From the IMG/VR virus record IMGVR_UViG_3300031949_000084, positions 1 through 41,236 of that record: DNA of 41,236 nucleotides; one strand, written 5' to 3'. Positions 1-8,038 of this stretch are shown piece after piece (the first letter of the stretch is position 1; each line of letters opens with the position of its first letter). The notes beneath the pieces were generated by a model. The model made no database searches, was not told the DNA's origin, and was given only the letters and a program-made list of their open reading frames with translations. Made by a program: the position numbers and the translations under genes. The DNA is from a virus. Taxonomy: Duplodnaviria; Caudoviricetes.

Positions 1-648
1 CTCGTCCGAGACAATACGAACCCGACCCAAAATGATGAATCTCCAGTCATCTTCAGACAGGGGGTAAACCCCGCCGAATCCTATCGCGGTAAGGTCATCT
101 CGAAGGGGACGAACGCCACGCCTATTGATCTCCATGGTGACCTGGATATCTATCTGCGGAGTTACTTCGAGAGCGACTTTTTCGCTACATTTGGCGCTCC
201 GGCAGCAGCCTCTGGGGGTGCGGGTGGGGAACAGTATCGCTACTGGTCATTTAGTGGTACGGCGGTTGAAGTGATCGCTTTACGAGGGGGCTTTGTTATC
301 CCGAATCGGTGCATACACGGGGAGCTTGTCTTCCGCCTCCAGTTCACGCCCGCTGTCAATAATCCGACAGGTCAGGTTACATGGTCGATAGATACTCCGA
401 ACGCCGAGAACATTCCCCTTGCAGCTAACTTCGACTACACAGCCGAGCAGGACAGCGGAACGTACACCTATGCTGGGACAGAGACGGCTGGCCTCCGCTA
501 TGAGCAGGTTGTCGTTACTACCAGCAGCGGCAACTTCCTCGAAGGGAATTTCGTTCGGTTCGATGTGATCTCGCAGGGCGCAGGCGATAGCAACAACGAT
601 GCAAGACGGCTTGTCAATGTAGATGTCTATTTCCGGCCTTCGGCATAA
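1..648 (+). CDS. 5'-truncated virion structural/tail-region protein
   Basis: Frame 1 is open from base 1 (LVRDNTNPTQ...) to the stop at 648, so it is longer than the 271..648 track ORF. Beta-rich composition; lies beside the repeat protein. Confidence 0.6.
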   Translation, partial: LVRDNTNPTQNDESPVIFRQGVNPAESYRGKVISKGTNATPIDLHGDLDIYLRSYFESDFFATFGAPAAASGGAGGEQYRYWSFSGTAVEVIALRGGFVIPNRCIHGELVFRLQFTPAVNNPTGQVTWSIDTPNAENIPLAANFDYTAEQDSGTYTYAGTETAGLRYEQVVVTTSSGNFLEGNFVRFDVISQGAGDSNNDARRLVNVDVYFRPSA

Positions 649-661
649 CAGGGTAGCATAA

Positions 662-2587
662 GTGTCCGCTTTTGTTCTTCGCCGCAGTACAGGAGGGTCA
701 ACCCTTCGGGGCGGAGACACCCTTCGTGGCGTTGAAGTACTAGTCCTTAGCCCAGTTCTTGGCGTAGCTGCGCTTCCTAACGTTACTCTGGCGCAGATCA
801 TTGTGCCGTCGGCAGTCGAAGGAGTTTCCGCGCTCGCCAACATCGCGCTGGAGACGCCCGCGAACGTTGTGCTGCAAGCGGTGAGCGGTCTCGCAGTACT
901 GGCGAGCATCGTCCTAGCACAGATCATTCCGTTAGATGCGGTCTCCGGCATTGCTTCACTTCCTAATGTCGCGTTGGCAACATCGGCGGATGTTCTTCTG
1001 CAAGCAGTGAACGGTCTTGCGGTACTGGCGAATATCACGTTCGCGCTCGTGCTCCCTCTGGACGCTGTGGCCGGAATCGCCGCCTTGCCTAATCTTGTGC
1101 TGGCCACGCCTGCTTCTCTTACGTTGGAGGCAGTGAACGGCATCGCGGTTCTCGTGAACATCGTCTTGAGCCAGATCATTACGCCTGATGCCGTTCTCGG
1201 CGTCGCTTCGATAATAAATGTTGCGCTCGCTGCGCCCGCGAGTCTTGTGTTAGGGGTGGTTTCGGGCGCTGCTTCATTAGCGAATGTAGTTCTTAGTCAG
1301 ATCATTCTGCTTGGGGCTGTCGCGGGGGTGGCTGCTCTCCCTAACGTCTCAATCGAAACTGCTGCCACCCTTGTCCTTGGAGCGGTCTCTGGGATTGCTG
1401 TGCTTGAAAATATCGTGCTGGCGCAGATCATTCCTCTAGATGCGGTTTCTGGAATCGCTTCTCTCCCCAACGTCGTGTTGGCGACATCTGCAAATCTCGT
1501 ACTGGACGGTGTTTCGGGTGTTGCGTCACTGACGAACGTCACTCTTTCGCAGATCATTCTGCTCGATGCGATCTTGGGGGTAGCTTCGGTCGCGAATATG
1601 ATCGTCAGTGTGGCGGCGGAGATTGTTCTTGGGGCGGTTTCTGGAGTAGCGGCGGTTGCGAACCTGACGCTCTCACAGATCATTCCGCTGGATGTAGTCG
1701 TCGGCGTCGCCACGCTTTCCAATGTCGCATTGGCAGCGCCTGTCACCATTGTTTTGCAGGGTGTGAATGGTGCGGCGACGCTCGCGAATGTCACTCTTTC
1801 GCAGATCATTCCGTTGGAGGCGATTGCTGGGACTGCATCGCTCGTCAATCTTGCGCTGGCTGCCCCAGCGGATGTTGTCCTACAAGTGGTGAGCGGCGTA
1901 GCCGCGCTCACGAACGTTACGCTTTCACAGATCATCGTCCCCTCTACTGTTTTGGGTGCCGCGTCGTTGGCAAACGTCGCGCTGGCAGCACCTGTGGAGC
2001 TCGTTCTGGGGACAGTTTCGGGAGTTGCGGTGCTCCAGAACATTGTCTTGAGTCAGATCATTGTGCCGAGCTCGGTAGCCGGTGTGGCTTCGCTGATGAA
2101 CATCGATCTTTCCGCTCCGGCGATACTGGCGTTGGATGCGATCAGCGCGGCTGCTTCGCTACCGAATGTTACGATCTCTACTGGGGCGGGCGAACTTATT
2201 CTGGCTACGGTGAGTGGGGTCGCAGTTCTCGCGAATATCGATCTCTCGGCTGCGACGATCCTCGCGTTTAGCGGTGTATCCGGTGTCGCGACACTCGCAA
2301 ACATCAGTTTGAGTGCTGCTGCGATCTTCTCACTTGAGGCTGTCACGGGCATAGCATCACTTGCGAACCTTGCATTGGTCGCGCCAGCCATACTTACCCT
2401 TGGTGGCATATCCGGTGCTGCGGTACTCACAAATGTTGTCATCTCGGCGGGTGACCTCGTCCTGGCGATGATCAGTGGCATAGCGTCGCTCGCGAATGTC
2501 ACTATTTCAGCCGCTGTGGTTCCTCCCCCACCTGTATCTGTGATCCCTGGATGCTACCACGTATGGCAACGTCATGTTCTTGTTTAA
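662..2587 (+). CDS. Hydrophobic beta-repeat protein, probable tail fibre/virion protein
   Basis: 641 aa built from ~42-aa units (SQIIPLDAVSGIASLPNVAL...). CAGATCAT recurs every 126 nt (794, 920, 1172, 1298, 1424, 1550, 1676, 1802, 1928, 2054). Confidence 0.6.
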   Translation: MSAFVLRRSTGGSTLRGGDTLRGVEVLVLSPVLGVAALPNVTLAQIIVPSAVEGVSALANIALETPANVVLQAVSGLAVLASIVLAQIIPLDAVSGIASLPNVALATSADVLLQAVNGLAVLANITFALVLPLDAVAGIAALPNLVLATPASLTLEAVNGIAVLVNIVLSQIITPDAVLGVASIINVALAAPASLVLGVVSGAASLANVVLSQIILLGAVAGVAALPNVSIETAATLVLGAVSGIAVLENIVLAQIIPLDAVSGIASLPNVVLATSANLVLDGVSGVASLTNVTLSQIILLDAILGVASVANMIVSVAAEIVLGAVSGVAAVANLTLSQIIPLDVVVGVATLSNVALAAPVTIVLQGVNGAATLANVTLSQIIPLEAIAGTASLVNLALAAPADVVLQVVSGVAALTNVTLSQIIVPSTVLGAASLANVALAAPVELVLGTVSGVAVLQNIVLSQIIVPSSVAGVASLMNIDLSAPAILALDAISAAASLPNVTISTGAGELILATVSGVAVLANIDLSAATILAFSGVSGVATLANISLSAAAIFSLEAVTGIASLANLALVAPAILTLGGISGAAVLTNVVISAGDLVLAMISGIASLANVTISAAVVPPPPVSVIPGCYHVWQRHVLV

Positions 2588-2594
2588 GGGAGGC

Positions 2595-2624
2595 TTTACA
2601 AACCTTGCGCGAGTATGCTATAAT
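2595..2624 (+). promoter_or_regulatory. Sigma70-type promoter with extended -10
   Basis: TTTACA-N18-TATAAT with TGn before the -10; the same -35 recurs at several other sites in the window. Confidence 0.8.
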
Positions 2625-2630
2625 AAGAAC

Positions 2631-2832
2631 TTGCACGGAAGCATCGGCGACTCTCCAGGGATGGGGTTCCTACCCAGCGAGCAGTCCAGGATGCATGAAG
2701 CCCCCGTCACGCAAGGATCGCGGTCTCCGGAGCGTACACGGTTCCCCCTTACGCGCTGGAGCGATCCTGGGCTGCTCGGTAGGCAGGAATACCTGTTGCC
2801 AGAAGGAGGGCTCTTATCGTTATCTTCGTGAC
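2631..2832 (+). ncRNA. Candidate ~200-nt structured RNA or 5' leader, family unknown
   Basis: Starts just after the promoter. Nested stems: 2634-2650/2817-2830, CTCTCC/GGAGGG, GAGCAGTCC/GGGCTGCTC, AGGATCGC/GCGATCCT and a terminal stem CTCCGGAGCGTA/TACGCGCTGGAG, several with G-U pairs. Confidence 0.6.
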
Positions 2833-2873
2833 ACTTGTATCAGCATATTGTCTGATAGAGGCAGGCCATCAGT

Positions 2874-2990
2874 TTGCTCGCGCCTTTAGGTTATCGGCCT
2901 GAGCCTGTCCGAAATGAAACCAATGCTGTGATAGCGATGATTCTCATTTCGGTCGCTGCTATTGGCTTATATCTAGCACTGACATTGTGA
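2874..2990 (+). CDS. Small single-TM membrane peptide (38 aa)
   Basis: Manual translation from TTG: MLAPLGYRPEPVRNETNAVIAMILISVAAIGLYLALTL; purine-rich GAGGCAGG upstream. Start uncertain. Confidence 0.4.
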   Translation: MLAPLGYRPEPVRNETNAVIAMILISVAAIGLYLALTL

Positions 2991-3009
2991 AAAAGAAAGG
3001 AGGTCTGAG

Positions 3010-3669
3010 ATGAGACAGTTTGCTGTTCTCGCACTAAGCGCAATCGGAATCGTCACCCTCTTCTTGTTCTTCACCGTGCCCTCTACCTCGACGGGGAGCC
3101 CATCTGATGCGGACGGAGACGGGTGCCTCGACAAAGTGGAAGTCCAGATGGCGCTCGGAAGCGAAGCGTTCGGTGGCTTGCGCGATCCCGCAAATCCTTG
3201 GGACTTCTACGACGTGAACGGTGACAGGGAGATCGACCTGTTCAATGATATCTTTGGTGTGGCCTTTCTCTTCGGGCTCAACGCGGGAGACACGGGCTAC
3301 ATTGTCGCGTTCGACCGTGGCGCTCCCGTTGGCCCGAACGTTTGGAACCTCACCCCACCGGACGGAACGATAGACCTCTTCAACGACATCTTCGGCGTGG
3401 CGTTCCAGTTCGGACATTCATGCGCCCTTCCTCCGCCTCCGGTTGTCGTCGAGTGGAATTGCACGGCCCATCCCGAAGCCAACCCACCGCCAGGCTACAC
3501 GTGCGAGAGCTTCGCCGCTGAGGCGAAGGACATCATGGAGTGGTTCCAGTCTCAGGAGGGTGGCGGAGCGGCTGCTACGGGCTGCGTGAAGATGCCTGAC
3601 GACGAACTGGGCGAGGGCGGCTGGCTCTCACTTGACGGCTCCAATTGCTTCGAGGAGATGGGACAATGA
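3010..3669 (+). CDS. Secreted/surface protein with flexitail-like dockerin/EF-hand Ca-binding repeats
   Basis: AAGGAGG RBS, signal peptide, DADGDGC, GGLRDPANPWDFYDVNGD, duplicated IDLFNDIFGVA and QFGHSC, resembling the flexitail domain of Dehalococcoidia surface proteins. Confidence 0.7.
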   Translation: MRQFAVLALSAIGIVTLFLFFTVPSTSTGSPSDADGDGCLDKVEVQMALGSEAFGGLRDPANPWDFYDVNGDREIDLFNDIFGVAFLFGLNAGDTGYIVAFDRGAPVGPNVWNLTPPDGTIDLFNDIFGVAFQFGHSCALPPPPVVVEWNCTAHPEANPPPGYTCESFAAEAKDIMEWFQSQEGGGAAATGCVKMPDDELGEGGWLSLDGSNCFEEMGQ

Positions 3670-4145
3670 GAGAACAATCAGCCTGGTCAATCGTTCTCTG
3701 GCTCCTCAGCATTCTTCTCCTCATAGGGCTCTTCACGCTCTTTTTATATGAGCGAGCCGACGCCGCCCACAACGCGACGGTCTGCGGCTACGGAACGTCG
3801 GACGGCGTGAACGCGGCACCGAACCCAGACACGTTCCTCGCCGTCGCTCTGCTCCACTGCGATCCGCCTCCCGAAGCAAACAACAATCCCGATGCGATGA
3901 GCGAAGTCGTGTTCTGGGACTGGTTCGACTGGTCGGCGGGAACGTGGAAGACGGGCGACGTGTACGACATGGCTGGCTGCTATGAGTGCACCCACGTCAA
4001 GAGCCTGGCCACCAACGACGTGCCTATCGGCACCTTCATGGGGATTAACTGCCGTCGCGCCGAGACCGTCCATCTCGTCTGGCATCACGCAGATCCCGGG
4101 ACGCGGGTCTACTACTACAGCGTCAGCGATATGGAGTGCCGCTGA
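3666..4145 (+). CDS. Secreted or membrane-anchored Cys-containing protein
   Basis: ATGA overlap with the upstream gene; N-terminal hydrophobic helix followed by ADA-A cleavage-like site. Confidence 0.7.
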   Translation: MREQSAWSIVLWLLSILLLIGLFTLFLYERADAAHNATVCGYGTSDGVNAAPNPDTFLAVALLHCDPPPEANNNPDAMSEVVFWDWFDWSAGTWKTGDVYDMAGCYECTHVKSLATNDVPIGTFMGINCRRAETVHLVWHHADPGTRVYYYSVSDMECR

Positions 4146-4177
4146 GCGCGTCTCCTCCAGGAAAGCCAAAACCGAAG

Positions 4178-4206
4178 CTAGAGGGAGGGTAGCCCCCTCC
4201 CTCTAG
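4178..4206. terminator. Intrinsic terminator between convergent units
   Basis: Perfect 12-bp stem CTAGAGGGAGGG/CCCTCCCTCTAG; T-rich tail on the minus strand. Confidence 0.75.
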
Positions 4207-4260
4207 AAACGCCCCCAGGCCTCCTGAGGACGAGATCTGGGCCTCTGCTGAGCCTGACCC

Positions 4261-5313
4261 CTAGGAAGGGGCGGCGACCAGCAAATCCCAGGCCCGTTGC
4301 TTCTGAGCAGCCCCGTAGCCGAACAGAAGGCTCTCGGAGCGCCGCCTGTCCCAGCCGTGTAGGTAATCGGTGAACTCGCTGACGGCGTTGGCCGCTGCCC
4401 AGCGAGTTCCCGCGATCTCCGGTGCGGCGTTCCCCTTGCCCTCAGCGAACAGGCGGCGGACGAGCTCGCGGCGCTTCGAGATGACGGCAGGCACCCCGAG
4501 CTGGGTGTAGAGCTCGGGCTTTGGCTCCATCAGGAGCTTGAGTGCGGGCTCGGTGGGTTGACCGATCATCAGATGGCGAGGCATCGGAAAGATGCGCTGG
4601 AGGAACCCTTCAAGCTCGCGGTCGCTCATCGGCTGCTGCGCCATCTTCGCGGCCTGCTCCTCGAACGTCCGCAGGTGCTCATGCGCCAGGCCCAGCGCCT
4701 TCCGCGCGTCGTCGGCGTTCAGCCGTCCAGTGATCCCTCGGAAGTGCGCGCGGCGGTAACCTCCACCTTGCCGCTTACCCTCGCGCACGGCGACGTTCCA
4801 AGTGTTCTGACAGACGACCCGGATGGGTGTGTAGTGCATCCGGAACGACATGCTCCCGTCGTGCGCATTGAACAGGGCGAGATAGCTCTCGACCTTGTCC
4901 ACGCCATTGATGACGATGTCCTCGGGCAGCCGCGCGAGAATCCAGACCTTCTCACCCTCTCCGAGCGAGCCGCTGGTGTGGTACATCGCGCGGCCCTCGC
5001 CGACAACCTCGTCGAAGAACGCGAACGCGGCGCTGTTCTGTACCGGCTCGTAGAGTTTGCTTACGCAGCCCAGGACGGCCCGTGTGTCCTCGCGGACGAC
5101 GGCCTTCATGTTGGGCACGGTCGTCGTCACGCGCTTCCCGTCGAGCACGATCTCCGCCCGCATAGTGGCGAGCTGAACGCGCCAGTCGTTCCCGCTGGCG
5201 ACGAGCATCTCGGCTGCGGTGACGGGCTTGTCTCCGAGTGGAACGGCTTGTCCGTTGTCTTGATCAGTGCCAACCCACCAGGGGTTCTCACCGACGAATG
5301 CCATCTTCTTCAC
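4261..5313 (-). CDS. DUF932 family phage/plasmid protein
   Basis: MAFVGENPW, YEPVQN, TSGSLGEGEKVWILARLP, NAHDGS, TPIRVVCQNT, GTRWAAANAVSEFTDY. True start may be ATA at 5325. Confidence 0.9.
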   Translation of the reverse strand: MKKMAFVGENPWWVGTDQDNGQAVPLGDKPVTAAEMLVASGNDWRVQLATMRAEIVLDGKRVTTTVPNMKAVVREDTRAVLGCVSKLYEPVQNSAAFAFFDEVVGEGRAMYHTSGSLGEGEKVWILARLPEDIVINGVDKVESYLALFNAHDGSMSFRMHYTPIRVVCQNTWNVAVREGKRQGGGYRRAHFRGITGRLNADDARKALGLAHEHLRTFEEQAAKMAQQPMSDRELEGFLQRIFPMPRHLMIGQPTEPALKLLMEPKPELYTQLGVPAVISKRRELVRRLFAEGKGNAAPEIAGTRWAAANAVSEFTDYLHGWDRRRSESLLFGYGAAQKQRAWDLLVAAPS

Positions 5314-5364
5314 GTTGGCTACTATTTGATTCCCTCTTCCTTTCTCGCTGCGTGCGGGCAGCGG

Positions 5365-5559
5365 CTAGTAGACCTCGACGAACTCGTCGAGCATGGCGAG
5401 TACTTCGTCATAATTCTGCGTTTGGAAGGCGCGGTCAGTGAACTCTTTTGCTCGCTCGGGCTGACCCGCCTGCTTGAGCGTCCGGCTCACACGTCCTATG
5501 ATCGCGAACACGTTCCCATCAGTACCGATGATCTCGCATTCGGGCTTCTCGTTACTCAT
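5365..5559 (-). CDS. Conserved small phage protein
   Basis: IGTDGNVFAIIGRVSRTLKQAG motif common in phages; RBS present. Confidence 0.85.
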   Translation of the reverse strand: MSNEKPECEIIGTDGNVFAIIGRVSRTLKQAGQPERAKEFTDRAFQTQNYDEVLAMLDEFVEVY

Positions 5560-5702
5560 CTCCGTTTCTCCTTCTTCGCTTGCTCACGTTGATACGTGAC
5601 CTGGCAGATGCTTGGCTTGCCGCGCGGGCCAGGACAGAACAGGAGCTCGCCGACCCCTGGAATTGCTCGCCCGCACTGTTTGCACTTACGGTCTTCATTC
5701 AT
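5556..5702 (-). CDS. Small Zn-ribbon protein (48 aa)
   Basis: Manual translation MNEDRKCKQCGRAIP...FCPG...ICQ; overlaps both neighbours. Confidence 0.65.
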   Translation of the reverse strand: MNEDRKCKQCGRAIPGVGELLFCPGPRGKPSICQVTYQREQAKKEKRR

Positions 5703-6042
5703 GGCGGTCGTACTCTCCGAGGATGCCGCGCTCATCGAGCCGCGCGAGCAGCCAGTCCATCGAGTTCATCGCTGTGGACGCTCCGCACATGTGCGCCCAG
5801 CCAGCGAGCGTCTCATCGACCTCATCCTCGTTCTTGAACCGACCGAGGAGTGTGATCTCATCGTCCCAACGCTTAGCATATAGGTCGCCGGTCTCTCCTA
5901 CCCAGCTTACGCGATAGGGGACTTGGCTGTCGGGCCGATACCACCACACGCCGAAGTCCTTCTCAGGCGAACGTTCGCCGCCACGCTCCGCGTAGAACGC
6001 TTCGAGGTTCTCGTAATCGCGTAGCTCGTGCCAGGTTTTCAT
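5695..6042 (-). CDS. Hypothetical protein
   Basis: Fits the tightly packed minus-strand operon; ATGA coupling. Confidence 0.75.
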   Translation of the reverse strand: MKTWHELRDYENLEAFYAERGGERSPEKDFGVWWYRPDSQVPYRVSWVGETGDLYAKRWDDEITLLGRFKNEDEVDETLAGWAHMCGASTAMNSMDWLLARLDERGILGEYDRHE

Positions 6043-6194
6043 GAGTCTTCGCCCTTCTCATCTGACATCTCGGCAGAGTACAGACGAAGGACTGTACCGC
6101 GATGCGTCGTCATATATCTCCGCACCCATGTCTCGAACATCTCAGCGTGGTGCTGAGTCTCGAACTCTGCGTGAACAACTGTCCTAGTCTTCAC
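6039..6194 (-). CDS. Hypothetical protein (51 aa)
   Basis: Manual translation from GTG: MKTRTVVHAEFETQHHAEMFETWVRRY...; GAGGAGG RBS; coupled to the next gene. Confidence 0.65.
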   Translation of the reverse strand: MKTRTVVHAEFETQHHAEMFETWVRRYMTTHRGTVLRLYSAEMSDEKGEDS

Positions 6195-6202
6195 TTCGCT
6201 TC

Positions 6203-6446
6203 CTCCTCGATCTTAATGTCTTTGATCTGCTTTGGATTGAGGGAGTCTTGCTTTCCACCCGTAACAGTCCATGCAAACTGTCTCTTCCGGAGTTTTGCTG
6301 TCCCCCGAGGTGGCCCACCGTCGAGCGACTTCATTACCCCGTGGAATCTTTCCCCCACAGCGATCACAAACGCGATCCTTCCGAGCACGATATGTAGTCC
6401 ACATCTATTCCTTCTCCTCGATCTTGATGTCTCTGATCTGCTTTGG
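6203..6446. repeat. 33-bp imperfect direct repeat (6203-6235 and 6414-6446)
   Basis: CTCCTCGATCTT(A/G)ATGTCT(T/C)TGATCTGCTTTGG, 31/33 identical. Confidence 0.9.
6213..6404 (-). CDS. Small Zn-finger protein
   Basis: ARKDRVCDRCGGKIPRG...CMDC; begins right after the upstream stop. Confidence 0.7.
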   Translation of the reverse strand: MWTTYRARKDRVCDRCGGKIPRGNEVARRWATSGDSKTPEETVCMDCYGWKARLPQSKADQRH

Positions 6447-7091
6447 GTTCAAGACGACTTCGTCCTCTCCACGCCCAACGAACGCGCCCAGGAACTTATC
6501 GGGGGGAATCGTACACGAGACGACAACGCCCTTTCCTTTGTTAAAGCGTTTCGCGAACCAGGCCGCACGTTCAGGAGACCGCGTCCATGACATGCCACGA
6601 GCCCAACGCTTGTTTGAGACGCCTCGGTAGAGCGTTAGTGATGGCCCATGCATGATCGCGCAGACGCTCGCGGGCTCCATGTCCGTAACGAGTCCGGCCT
6701 CACGCGCGGCGATGAACAACGGGAGAACGACACTCTTGATAACGTGAGGGTTCTCTGCATCTGTCCAGGCCCATGCGAGAATCTTGCGCAGCATGTGAAT
6801 GTCGAACGCTCGCGCATCCCACCATTGCGCCAACATGTGAAGTCGCCACGGACGTTCGTAGTACACGAGAGCGCCTTCGTAGTCCTCAGAAGAGAGCGCA
6901 GTCTTGAGCATGCGTTCCTTCTGTTCGAGCATCTCGTTCGCAGCATGTGGAATAATGCCGAAGACTTGCTGCACCAAAGGGTGCTGAAGCATCAGTCCGA
7001 GCGGGCCTTGTTGTACGTACTCTTGCAGTTCAGGTACGAGCTTCGACACGTCGCCAATGTCTTGCATATGCTTAGCGAACTGTGTCTTCAC
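6405..7091 (-). CDS. Putative ADP-ribosyltransferase-fold protein
   Basis: C-terminal LYRG...GMSWT...AAWFA...EDEVV matches the R-S-E layout of ARTs. Confidence 0.55.
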   Translation of the reverse strand: MKTQFAKHMQDIGDVSKLVPELQEYVQQGPLGLMLQHPLVQQVFGIIPHAANEMLEQKERMLKTALSSEDYEGALVYYERPWRLHMLAQWWDARAFDIHMLRKILAWAWTDAENPHVIKSVVLPLFIAAREAGLVTDMEPASVCAIMHGPSLTLYRGVSNKRWARGMSWTRSPERAAWFAKRFNKGKGVVVSCTIPPDKFLGAFVGRGEDEVVLNPKQIRDIKIEEKE

Positions 7092-7348
7092 GATGGAGAC
7101 GCAACCTTCTCTGCGAAGGCGTCAATGTCATCGCCCTCATCGTCGTACCATTCAACCCAGTCGCCGTCTTCGTAGACAGCCAGGCTGATGGCGTTTCCCC
7201 AGATTCTTGGGTTAGCAAGATCCTGTTGGGCCAGCTTGTCGATCAGGCTAACGGCTTCTTCGGGGGTCTTCACGTCGTGCCATTTCGGTTCGTCTGGTGG
7301 ATTCTGGATGTGCCAAACGCGCAGATCTCCGTTTCGATACTCGCTCAT
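7088..7348 (-). CDS. Protein resembling the P22 gp17 family (superinfection-exclusion escape)
   Basis: LRVWHIQNPP...V..PEEA..LI..LA..D...NA..L....DWVEWYD; GGAGG RBS before ATG 7348. Confidence 0.55.
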   Translation of the reverse strand: MSEYRNGDLRVWHIQNPPDEPKWHDVKTPEEAVSLIDKLAQQDLANPRIWGNAISLAVYEDGDWVEWYDDEGDDIDAFAEKVASPS

Positions 7349-7455
7349 GTTGACCTCCTCTCGTAGTAGCAATGGATGCAGCCCAAGTCGTGCGTCGCGC
7401 TGCGAACGATCTGGTTCGCCTTGACCCACCAGCCGCAGTGCTGGCACTTCTTCAT
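7345..7455 (-). CDS. Tiny Zn-ribbon protein (36 aa)
   Basis: Manual translation MKKCQHCGWW...GCIHCYYERRST; ATGA coupling and AAGGAG RBS. Confidence 0.6.
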   Translation of the reverse strand: MKKCQHCGWWVKANQIVRSATHDLGCIHCYYERRST

Positions 7456-7637
7456 AACGCGTTCTCCTTCGCAGTTGGCACCCACCGTTGATGCTGCCAA
7501 CAGAAGTTTGTCCCTTCCTTAACGCTTCGCCGACACTGTTCTCTGTTGTAGTGAAGCTCAAAGCCTGAACGACCGCGCCCCGTCCGCCGGTAAGTGTTGC
7601 GCTTGTAGACGTTCTCTTTGCATTGGTTAGGTCTCAC
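7452..7637 (-). CDS. Hypothetical protein with C..C..CxxH motif
   Basis: GTGA-coupled start; QC...QCRR...FCWQH. Confidence 0.65.
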   Translation of the reverse strand: MRPNQCKENVYKRNTYRRTGRGRSGFELHYNREQCRRSVKEGTNFCWQHQRWVPTAKENAL

Positions 7638-8038
7638 GACGCGTCCTCCTTGAGCAGCACCAGTCGTAGATGTTTGCATAGATAGACCTCCATCGGACGA
7701 CGCGGCGCGCTCTGGAAGTTTTCACACGGGCAATGCGGCGGGCTGACGGCGTCGCCCGTCCAGACGTTGTACTTCACGGAGCTGCTCTCGCTGGTGACCT
7801 CGACGTAGCGCCCATCGGCGGGAAGCTCCGGGACTACCTGTCCGCAGGCGAGGCAGAACAGGTCTCCGTCCACGCTGGCGAGCTCTCCGCCGCAGCCGAG
7901 GCAGCGCTCAGCGAGGTACTGGTGGAAGCCGCAGAGCGGCCCTGTGACGGTGCGTGGAGCCCGACAGCGACTCTCGTGCCGAACGCCAGTGGCGTCGGTG
8001 GCGAGAACTTTCCCGCTGCACTGAAGCTCGGTTACCAT
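7634..8038 (-). CDS. SWIM zinc-finger protein with extra Zn ribbons
   Basis: YNV...HCPCENF...CKHL plus CLGC/CLAC. Confidence 0.75.
   Translation of the reverse strand: MVTELQCSGKVLATDATGVRHESRCRAPRTVTGPLCGFHQYLAERCLGCGGELASVDGDLFCLACGQVVPELPADGRYVEVTSESSSVKYNVWTGDAVSPPHCPCENFQSAPRRPMEVYLCKHLRLVLLKEDAS

Noticed and set aside
280-2502. Long minus-strand ORFs opposite the repeat protein, and similar ones at 4558..5592, 24578..25882, 38485..39750 and 40054..41019
   Set aside because: Shadow ORFs caused by GC-rich codon bias opposite genes with recognisable motifs.
2705-2715. 11-mer CGTCACGCAAG shared with the HH1 3' tail
   Set aside because: Many 11-mer matches are expected by chance in 41 kb across both strands.
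6203-6446. Repeat pair as DGR template/variable repeat or att site
   Set aside because: Too short, and no reverse transcriptase or integrase is in the window.
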